From: Sphaeroforma arctica JP610
Lineage: Eukaryota
Direction of reading: 5' to 3'
NCBI RefSeq assembly: GCF_001186125.1
Contig: NW_014039774.1
Location: 10,117 to 43,128 of the forward strand
DNA length: 33,012 bases
Numbering within the stretch: the first letter of the stretch is position 1; each line of letters opens with the position of its first letter. Under the pieces are notes generated by a model. That model saw only the letters and a program-made list of their open reading frames with translations, was not told where the DNA came from and did no database searches. The position numbers and the translations under genes were made by a program. Shown here one piece after another: positions 13,096 through 24,082 of this stretch.

Positions 13096-15548
13096 CCTAT
13101 ATATATAGATACAGGTACAGATTCAAGATATATATGTAGATGCATACGTACGTAAATATATGCACAAATACATAGATAATACATTTATGCATGCATACAA
13201 GCATACATATATACACATGCATCAATTAAGAATTGACACAAGTCTCGTTCATTCCGTTTTCTAATTCCTAATTTCTTTCTTGCAGCAGTCTGCTACTTCA
13301 TCGGGATCCAATTCTGGTCTGGGCTCTCCTTTGGCCAAGCACCTGGCACGGCAACTAGGATTCGATCTGTCAGAAGTGTCTGGTTCAGGACCCAATGGAC
13401 GTGTTGTGGAATCGGATGTATACTCCTTCACCAAGCAAAGTATGTCTATTTTTTAGAACAATTTTTCTAACATACACACGTCACAGAGCAGTAACCAGCA
13501 GCACCCGCGAGTTACTGCCTATATATATATATATAGATTTAAATGTTAATGTAGATGTAGACAGGCACATACTACGTATAAAAACGTGTAACTTTCTATA
13601 TACTGTACTTTTCTATATTGTCTCTATATTATCATAGTATTGGCGCCCTAATCAAGCAGTAACGAGACTCGCGAAATGACGCGGAAACTACGCACACGCA
13701 TGAGCCCATATACGCACCAGTCACGAATACTGCACACGTGCGTATATATATATATATATGTCTGATGCATACACGCACACACACATGTATATAACCGTGG
13801 GCATAGCCTATCTTTACTGACATGCACCTGCCGAGTACGTCCATGTACGTTCTCACACAAGCTATAAATAACGTACGTTTACACGTTCATATGCATACTA
13901 TCACACCCATGATGTAAATCACTACAATAAATAGATATGCACACTCTCACATGCAGTCTCAAACACATACATGCCCTCACACACGCGAATGCACACGCAA
14001 ATACGCACTGTTTTAAACACGCACACAATCACATACCAACTCACACTCTTACACACACTCTCTCTCTCACATACCAACTCACACTCTTACACACATACCA
14101 ACTCACACTCTTACACACACACTCACTCACTGCAGAGATGGTATCTGGCGGCAGTGGAAGCACCAGTGGCAGTAGCAGTGGAAGCAGTTCAACATCTCCT
14201 CTCGACGGGCCATCCATGAATGACGAACAGGTGAGCGAACGCATTCAGTCCACGTTCACTTGTGTGTGTAGGTGTCTGTGTGTACATATGTTGGCGTGTA
14301 CGTATATATATGTATATACTACGATGTTCTGAATTCTGAATGCATTCACCCACACACTCCTATGTAACCTCATACACTCACGTTTGTCTATCCGTACGTA
14401 TTGTAGGTAAGTGGCATGCGAAAGATCATTGCCGGCCGCCTGTTGGAGAGCAAGACCACCATCCCCCACTACTATCTCACCTCCGAAATCAACCTCGGCG
14501 AAGTCACCAAGCTGCGTACTGCCATCAATGCCGGGGCCAAGGGAGAGTTCAAGATCTCTGTCAACGACTTTGTAGTCAAAGCAAGTGCTCTGGCGTGTCT
14601 GCAAGTGCCTGAGGTGAACTCGAGCTGGCAGGGAGACTATATCAGACAATACAACACCGTGGATGTCAGCGTTGCGGTGGCGACTGGGTCTGGTCTGATC
14701 ACACCTATTGTCAAGAACTGCCACGCCAAGGGATTGAAGAGCATCAGCGGACAGGTATGTAGTTATGATAGTACAAGACACATACACGCACACGCACGCA
14801 CACACACACACACACAAACAGACATATATATATATATATATATATATACACGAATACATACACAAATACATATACATATATCCCGTGGAAACTCGTCGCA
14901 CGAGGGCAAGCGTCTATCGCATCATTGCTTCGCGTTTAGAATTACATTACGCATACCGACACAGTTAGATACGCCTACAGATTCACATACACACGTATGT
15001 AAATCATATATGTGCATAACATCGTAATTATGCACCTATCACTTAGATTCTCATTCTCGCATACCAATCTGTAAAAATACACTTTTCTAAATTCGCATAG
15101 GATCTCCAATATGCACAGACTCCTAAAATTGCGTACGATATCATCGATCCATATATTCCACCCATCAAACCCTACACCCCAAACCCTTGTATCTCATTTT
15201 TCATCCTCACCCCCGGCCCTCCAGGTCAAGGAGCTTGCCGGTCGTGCGCGCGAGGGCAAACTACAACCCCATGAGTATCAGGGGGGTACATTCACCGTGT
15301 CTAATCTGGGCATGTACGACAGTGTACGGGACTTCTGTGCCATTATCAACCCCCCTCAGGCTTGTATCCTGGCCGTGGGTGGCTCGAGTCAGAAGGTGAT
15401 TGCCACTAAGGAGGGTCTACCCGAGGTAGGCACCATGATGAACGTCACACTGTCGTGCGATCACCGTGTGGTGGATGGCGCTGTGGGTGCGCAATGGCTT
15501 AAGGCGTTTAAGGAGATGATGGAGGACCCAACCAAAATGCTGTTGTAA
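10402..15548 (+). CDS. DLAT: Mitochondrial pyruvate dehydrogenase complex E2, dihydrolipoamide acetyltransferase (single lipoyl domain)
   Basis: Exons 10402-10549, 11198-11292, 12240-12368, 12524-12712, 13286-13439, 14136-14230, 14407-14754, 15225-15548 (TAA), all phase-consistent. Arg/Ser/Ala-rich presequence ([20 protein letters not shown]), lipoyl domain ([12 protein letters not shown]...[12 protein letters not shown]), Pro/Ala linker, subunit-binding domain ([21 protein letters not shown]), catalytic domain ([46 protein letters not shown]). Confidence 0.96.
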
Positions 15549-15765
15549 CTAACTTAACTTACTTGTTACTTGTGCGGCGGATGTAACGCTTGACGCCTGG
15601 GCGTGTGGGGCAGGGTAGAGGAGAGGAGGGAATTATAACTAAACACGGGGAGATACCACCTATGTGAATAATAATAAATGGGATACTTTTTTGTTCGAGT
15701 ATTACGCCAATTCATTAATGTTGTGGTCATTGGTTGGTATATATATGTACGATCGTGTGGTGCGA

Positions 15766-15968
15766 TTGCCCGTGACGAGCGTCTCCTGCTTCAGCTCCTC
15801 CTGTTTGTGCACACCCTTGGCTGTCTTCTTACCAACACTTGTATATATACATATATCTCATTTGTTTATGCACACCCTTGGTCGTCTTCTTATTAACACT
15901 TTTGTAAATATATATATATATGTATATTTCTCTACTTGTTTATGCACACCCTTGGTCGTCTTCTTACT
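15766..15968 (-). repeat. Three degenerate copies of the LTV1 C-terminal coding segment, downstream of its stop
   Basis: 15766-15830 matches 16131-16195. Shorter copies of the cacacccttggtcgtcttctt core occur near 15862-15895 and 15936-15968. Confidence 0.85.
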
Positions 15969-16105
15969 AACACTTTTGTATATATATATTTCTCACTTTG
16001 CATGTTGAATCACACAAGTAGCACTTTAAGAACAAATAGATATTCTCTCAATCCAATCCAAAAACTTATGTCTTGTTTATTATTTGCCAATATAACCGTC
16101 TTAAC

Positions 16106-17384
16106 CTAACTGAGATCCACTACATTGACCTTGCCCTTGACCAGCTTTTCCTGTCTGAGTTCCTCCTGCTTGTACACACCCTTGGTCGTCTTCTTGTTGG
16201 CTCTTCGCGCGTGTCGTTCCTGTTTAACCGCGGCCTTTCTCGCCTTTTTCTCGGCCTTACTCTCGGTCTTGTCTCGCTTTTGGCCCTTATTCAGAGGCTC
16301 TTCGTCCTCTCCGCTCTCATTACCGGAATCACTCGCAGCATCCTCATCCGGGGAGTCTCCTACATCCTTATTCCCTTTCACCTTCACATCCACCTCTACA
16401 ATCACGTTACCTACACCCTTCCCACTACCTTTACCCGTCTCAATCTCAACACTCTCACCCTCCGCCACCGGTACCGAACTTTCCCCCAAGACCTCTTTCT
16501 CCCCATCTCCCTCGGCCCCCTTACGCCTTCGTGAGCGGGTGTGTGACTCTTTGATCAGTGTGGGGTGGTTGTAGATGTTCGAGTACGTGCTGACTATCGT
16601 CTCGCAATCCCATGCGTTGTTCTCGCGTATGCGCTTCTCCTCTAGTTCGTCCATGAGCCGTTCTTTGATCCACTCGTCTTTCTTCTCGTTGTGCAGGCGT
16701 TGTCGGGTGCGTTCGTCATCCGATAGTACCTGCGGGTAAGAAGACAAAGGCCGATACAGGTGAATAGAGTGTATAGATAGGATATAGTTGTGCATACAGT
16801 GATGGTATAGGAATAGTTAATGGTATAGGTATAGATATATAGTGATGATACAGGTGTAGTTATAGAGATATAGTGATGGTACAGGTATAATTATAGATGT
16901 AGTGATGATATAGGTATAGTGATAGATGTAGTGATGATACAGGTATAGTTATGGATATAGTGATGATATAGTTATAGTTATAGATGTAGTGATGACACAG
17001 ATATAGTTATGGATATAGTGATGATATAGGTATATTTATAGATGTAGTGATAACACAGGTATAGTTATTATGCTTTCTTCACGACATCTGCATATATAGA
17101 AATAAGCGCGCGTGCATAGCAATATGAGAATGAATGCAAGTATGTACCACGCGACACATGCACGTATATATGTACAAAATTCATCTTATTCTCGTATACA
17201 TGCACATTCACAAAGACACAATAATAAAACATGTATGCATATCGATGTAATTGAAAACACAATACTGATATACATAGATAGATATGCATCATACCGCTTC
17301 AACGGTGCCCGTATTATCCACATATGCCTATCTATACATATACATGAACATAATAACATATCATGTGTTGGATATGTGCCACCG

Positions 17385-17420
<36 letters not shown>

Positions 17421-18690
17421 CATATACTACTGTTGAATATAGATTTAAATCATACCTCTTCAACAGCGCCCGCTATACTCCTCTGAACGGCGTCGCTATT
17501 GATGACGTCTTTATCGGGATGAAGGAAACCTTCAGGACCGCCCACACGCTTGCCTAAATTAGAAGCCGGTGTAATGAACAACGAGTGAATTAGAATGGAT
17601 GGGGATTAGGGGTTTGAATAAAACAAGACAAGACGAAACGAAAGCTAAATTGCAAGATAATACACAACAAGTCGGCTAGATTGGATGATTTTGATACTAA
17701 TAGAGGATGAATGAACTAAATGGGAAAGAAAACAAACAAGAAGTACGTAGATGCACGTATACATACATACATATATGTATACAAACGTACATACATACAT
17801 ACGTGCATACATACAAACATACATACATACATACCTACATACATACATATGCACTACACCTACCGATTTCTTTTGTCGCCATAAACTCGTCTAGCAGGTC
17901 GTTAAAGTCATCTAGTTCTTTGCGGCCCTCAGTGGTTTCTTCGTCCAGCTCACCCATGTCCTCCTCATCGTACTGGGCGTAGATCTGTGATATAAATAGA
18001 ACACAGGCCTATCAGGGGGGGTAGTACTATCACAAAGAGTATCGGAAGTCAAAGGATAAGCCTTCTACATACATAGACAGGTTGAGTCGTACTTGCATTC
18101 GACCCAGGAACAGCGCATAACAACACGATACATATAATGTGTAAAATAGAACAGATGTTGTATAGTACATGATACACCTCTTACGTGTGAAATAGTACAG
18201 TTGTTGTAGAGTACATGATACATCTCTTACGTGTGAAATAGAACACAACACGACTGAACACACTGACATACCGATTCAAACTGATCGTCTAGCAACTGCA
18301 GCTTGTCGTTTCGGTGCATGACGGAAGACGTCATGGAGTACTCAGTAAAACGGGAGGTGGTGGATTGCACTTCTTCGTCCGCAAAGTCTTCGAAATCCTG
18401 AAATTTGGATCAAAATGGGAACAAAGAAGAATTGAGAACTAGCCATTGGTAGCGAAAAAATTGATTGGAAAGCCTGAGATGATATGAAATAGAGAATAAG
18501 GATGAACTAGGAGATAGGAAAACGAAAATCAGGAAATAGCAAGATAATGATAACAAATATAAACAATGACTTACGGTTAATTGCTCCATTATTGAATACA
18601 ACCACGATAAAACCTACATACCTACTTGTCAGAGGTCTGTTAGGACAGATATACAGACAGATATACAGGCACACAGGCACAGAGACATAG

Positions 18691-18722
<32 letters not shown>

Positions 18723-20607
18723 GAATCAAAATCGTGAGACAATCACATTCTACTCACATCATCGCTTCTCCCGCCTCGCACGCTTCCGCTGCTGTAACTA
18801 CCACCACTGAGCGATCCCGCGGCTGCGCTCGTGTTGTTCTTGTTCTTCATAAAGTGCCACGTGGTATCATCCGCATGGTGTGCATCTGTGGGAACAATGC
18901 GGGTGACGGAATAAGCAATAGCAAAACCGAGTAGGACATATGGAATACAGATGTGATTTGCACTTTAGTTCAACATGAACTTCATATATATCTATACTTC
19001 GCTGCGGAAAGTGTTTAAGAGAAGTAGTAAATTCACAATGAACATCTGGTTCTGCTCTACGCACACACACACACAAATAAACATATATATATATATATAT
19101 ATATGTACGCCATACATAGTACCCAATACATACCATCGTCATGGCCCTCATCCACAATACCCTCTCCATCACCTTCGCCTAGCTCAATAAAGTCATCTCC
19201 CATAGCCCACTCGTCGTCGTGTTCTGCATCGCTATCCAACTGCGCCAGCATCTCAAAGTCCACATCCACGTTCAACCCCGTTCTCGGCGCCGCCAAATTC
19301 AGCATACCTACCTCGTTCTGCGTTTCCGACGCAAACACATCCGCGGGCAGGTCGATAATCGGGGCGGTTGGGTCTGGAATGTGCACCCCTTTTCGTTTTG
19401 GCGCCGCTATGAGCACGCCTTCCGGGTCTTCGCCTACGGTTTTCAAGTGCTTGAGATAGTCGTAGTTGTCGTCGTAGTAGATGCCCTGTTCGGCCTGCTT
19501 GGACTTGCGGGCATTTTCTGCGCACCGATAATTTGGTCGTAGGATTAGGATTGAGCGATAGTTTGGTTGTGGGATTAGGGTTGAGGACATATTGGAGTTG
19601 TGTGTGTGTGGGTATTTATAGGGTTCGAATTCAGAACAGTAGTAGAGTGGTGTACATATTCTGTAGTTATAGGATTAGGATTGAGGACAGTATTGGAGTT
19701 GTGTGCGTGTGGGTATTCTGTAGTTATAGGGTTAGAATTCAGGACAGTAGTAGAGTGGTGTACATATTCTGTGGTAATAGAATTAGGATTTATCTGTAGT
19801 TATAGGGTTAGAATTCAGGACAGTAGTAGAGTGGTGTGTATATTCTGTAGTTATAGAATTAGGATTTAGGACAGTATTGGAGTTGTGTGTGTGTGTATTC
19901 TGTAGTTATAGGGTTAGAATTCAGGACAGTAGTAGAGTGGTGTACGTATTCAGTAAATATAAAATTAGGATTTAGGACAGTACGAATGTTGTATGCGTGT
20001 ATTCCGGACATCAGGAGAATAGGTTGGACGGTAGAGATTGCACAGCATACGATTGTTCAAAAGATATAACTTAACATGGCGACCAGAACAAATGAGATTG
20101 TTTCTGTCACAGAATGTGCCCTGAATTGTCTGAATACACGTATGAGTCTTCAAATTCTCGTTCAAATTGCGTTTTAAAGTCTGAAGCGATTGGTTTTTGG
20201 CAATGAATAGCCACGTCTGCATATAACTGTATATAACGGCATTTAAAGAATACCGATGCTTGATTCGGCCATACGTTAAGTGTATGACCAAATTAACCGC
20301 GAGATTCGACATAAATAGTTCATTTTGGCAAAATTCCAAAATTTAAGACAGATATGGTATCATACTCGCCAGGTATGGCAAACTCGTCTGCCCAAATATC
20401 TACCAGCATATCGAAATAACAACAGCAGTAGTATGTCGAATGTGTACGAGATAATATATCGAAGCCATGGGTGGCTGTTCTATACGCGCAAGCACCATTG
20501 TGCACATAGTACCATCTCCATGCTGAAAGTATTACAACACGGTAGTTGTCTGATGGATATAAGAAGATATTGTATTCCTTTCACGTATATAAGGTGAACG
20601 CATGTAA

Positions 20608-20657
<50 letters not shown>

Positions 20658-20902
20658 GTATATGTATATATATGTTCTGTAAACGTGCATACGGATATCT
20701 ACGCAATATTCACAGTATCTATACGAACATGCAGCATAATGCAAGGCTGTAGGTTTATGGTCGCTATTCTAGTATAATATTGAGCAGTTGTAAAAATGTA
20801 TTGTCACTTGTTCCTGACTACAGATGTGCATGCTTATGCATAAATCATATATATATATATAAATATACGCATACACACACGCACATACATTCATACATAC
20901 AT

Positions 20903-20939
<37 letters not shown>

Positions 20940-21144
20940 CAAATACATACAATCATACATATATACGTACGTGCGTACAAAGGTACATACATACATATAT
21001 ACACACTTAGAGAGACACACACAGAGACACACACATACACAGACACACATACACACACGTTACACACCCACATACAAACAAACACCCACACACCCACACA
21101 CTAACGAACTCGCACACACAAACATACGCACACATACACACACA

Positions 21145-21215
<71 letters not shown>

Positions 21216-22375
21216 TATACTATATATATATACTACTATACTACTACNNNNNNNNNNNNNNNNNNNNNNNNNNNNNNNNNNNNNNNNNNNNNNNNNNNNN
21301 NNNNNNNNNNNNNNNNNNNNNNNNNNNNNNNNNNNNNNNNNNNNNNNNNNNNNNNNNNNNNNNNNNNNNNNNNNNNNNNNNNNNNNNNNNNNNNNNNNNN
21401 NNNNNNNNNNNNNNNNNNNNNNNNNNNNNNNNNNNNNNNNNNNNNNNNNNNNNNNNNNNNNNNNNNNNNNNNNNNNNNNNNNNNNNNNNNNNNNNNNNNN
21501 NNNNNNNNNNNNNNNNNNNNNNNNNNNNNNNNNNNNNNNNNNNNNNNNNNNNNNNNNNNNNNNNNNNNNNNNNNNNNNNNNNNNNNNNNNNNNNNNNNNN
21601 NNNNNNNNNNNNNNNNNNNNNNNNNNNNNNNNNNNNNNNNNNNNNNNNNNNNNNNNNNNNNNNNNNNNNNNNNNNNNNNNNNNNNNNNNNNNNNNNNNNN
21701 NNNNNNNNNNNNNNNNNNNNNNNNNNNNNNNNNNNNNNNNNNNNNNNNNNNNNNNNNNNNNNNNNNNNNNNNNNNNNNNNNNNNNNNNNNNNNNNNNNNN
21801 NNNNNNNNNNNNNNNNNNNNNNNNNNNNNNNNNNNNNNNNNNNNNNNNNNNNNNNNNNNNNNNNNNNNNNNNNNNNNNNNNNNNNNNNNNNNNNNNNNNN
21901 NNNNNNNNNNNNNNNNNNNNNNNNNNNNNNNNNNNNNNNNNNNNNNNNNNNNNNNNNNNNNNNNNNNNNNNNNNNNNNNNNNNNNNNNNNNNNNNNNNNN
22001 NNNNNNNNNNNNNNNNNNNNNNNNNNNNNTAACACTACATATATACTATACTATACATACTATAACACATACACTATATATATATATATATATATATACT
22101 ACTTATTATATATATATATATATATATATATACCACAAAATGAAAACATTTATCGTACCTGCATCAATCTTATCCTCCTCATCCTCCTCAGCAGTTCCCT
22201 CTTGCTTGGTGTGTGCATTGTTTAAGATGGCATCAACCTTCTCAGGCGCTCCTTTGATAGGTACAAATACATACGGAGACGCATCGTTGTCAGCAATGCG
22301 TGAATCCTGTTGCGATCTGTGCACTAGTTTGAATGTGACTGCATCTTTTTTGTTTATGAACTTTGATTTCCCCAT
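16106..22375 (-). CDS. LTV1: Low temperature viability protein 1, pre-40S ribosome biogenesis factor
   Basis: Minus-strand exons 22375-22159, 19517-19134, 18885-18758, 18397-18272, 17984-17864, 17553-17456, 16729-16106 (TAG), phase-consistent. Motifs: FINKKDAVTFKLVHRSQQD, GIYYDDNYDYLKHLK, SRFTEYSMTSSVMHRNDKLQLLDDQFE, YDEEDMGELD, WDCETIVSTYSNIYNHP, and a basic C-terminal helix (KKARKAAVKQERHARRANKK). An extra exon inside the gap 21248-22029 cannot be excluded. Confidence 0.93.
16795..17068. repeat. Intronic minisatellite, about 29-bp unit (gatgtagtgatgatacaggtatagttata)
   Basis: Multiple imperfect tandem copies in the last LTV1 intron. Confidence 0.85.
19528..19985. repeat. Intronic minisatellite with two alternating units of about 51-57 bp
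   Basis: Units ttctgtagttatagggttagaattcaggacagtagtagagtggtgtacata and ttctgtagttataggattaggattgaggacagtattggagttgtgtg..., directly upstream (minus strand) of the LTV1 exon 2 acceptor. Confidence 0.85.
20605..22135. repeat. (CA)n/(TA)n microsatellite tracts flanking an assembly gap
   Basis: Long TA and CA runs in LTV1 intron 1; N-gap at 21248-22029. Confidence 0.85.
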
Positions 22376-22514
22376 AGTAGCTCACTTGTATGTGTGTGTA
22401 TGTGTGTTAATATGTATGTATGTGTGATACTATGTATGTATGTGGTATAGTGTGCACTCCTCACAACATATAATATCTAGTTTTTAGTACAAGTATCTCT
22501 TAATATACGATATA

Positions 22515-22549
<35 letters not shown>

Positions 22550-23013
22550 CTATATATAATTAAAAATATGTATGACATATACACCCATCATATATTCATC
22601 TTGTTTTCCATTTGACCAGGCTTGCATAGAGCGCACGTGTACTCCATAAACACATTACACACTCGAAATATCAGCAGTTTTTTTAATAATATTTTTTTGT
22701 TAATAAGAGCCAAAAGAAAGGCACAGTGGAAGTATAGGTGATTATATAAACCTACTGTTCACTATATACTCGCGAATTCGTATGCAACAAATACACTTTG
22801 TTTGGGACTGTAGCGGTAATAAGAGGCCTATAGTACCTATTGTATATTGATATATACATACATATACATACACACACATACAGGTTTACACACAAATCGA
22901 TAGATATATATATATAAATATATCTATATATACTTATACATACACAAGCATATACATCCGTAAAAGGATACGGGGAACTATAATTTTGCACTGAACGTCC
23001 ACGCTAGTAGATA
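22376..23013. promoter_or_regulatory. Putative shared (bidirectional) promoter and UTR region of LTV1 and NMD3
   Basis: 638 bp between the divergent ATGs at 22375 (-) and 23014 (+). AT-rich with a central (TA)n tract. Inferred from gene geometry only. Confidence 0.55.
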
Positions 23014-23711
23014 ATGGAATATCTTGACACAACTGGAGCGGCCGTTGGGCAGCAAAGAATGTAAGTGCACTTTCATATCTATTGAGTTAGGCTGTTGCAT
23101 ATTTTCTACTGTTAATATTACATTATGTATACATGTACATATTACAATATGTACATTTATCTATACATAGCATATATCTATATATATATATATATACATA
23201 TACGTGCACATGTACTCAATTAACATACTGGAACTACATATTCATATATGCACACGTATGTCGGGGCTTGTTCGTACATACTAAGATGCAACCAACTTTA
23301 TTTTAAAACAAACTTGTCGAAAGTCATAAGCTTTCTGCACACTACAACGTGAATAATTTACATACACACAGCTGGTATTCATATATAAACCAGCTATTAT
23401 CTGTTCTGAGAAGCGTCTGAAGTAGCTACGAGATAGTATTTTACTGATTCGCATGTATATCTAGAGTGTATGTGCACATACTTGTGTGCTATAGTTGTGA
23501 TGGTTGACTTTCATGAGTGATGTAGCATCACTATTCGTTCATTGTATACCGAGTGAAAATCGTTATTCTATTGTGTGAGAATTGATCGGTAAATCATACA
23601 TCAGAGTATAGACATGGGTAAAGGTATTTTATATAATGCATATATATATATATATATAATATATATATATTATATTTATGTTAAATCTATATATATATAT
23701 ATATATATATT

Positions 23712-23764
<53 letters not shown>

Positions 23765-23828
23765 TTATGTATAAAAATATACATTTAGCACACTCCTTGA
23801 ACGTATCATGTTAAGTATGCATTTGTAT

Positions 23829-23890
<62 letters not shown>

Positions 23891-24026
23891 ACGTAGTATA
23901 TACTATATTATTTTACGTTTTTAGTTTAGTTTACGTTAACGTAACGTAAGGTAAAGTTAAGTAGTTANNNNNNNNNNNNNNNNNNNNACGTACTACGTAT
24001 TAGTTAAGTTAGTATATTATTATACT

Positions 24027-24082
<56 letters not shown>

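Noticed and set aside
14245..14901. 218-aa minus-strand ORF, and similar antisense ORFs over the LTV1 exons (16073-16574, 19103-19542)
   Set aside because: Antisense shadows of real coding exons.
19571..19585. TTAGGG telomere-like motifs (also near 3095 and 17605)
   Set aside because: Isolated single hexamers, not arrays.
20971..22035. 353-aa and 263-aa ORFs
   Set aside because: Mostly N-gap and microsatellite; the same applies to the ORFs over 28698-29433.
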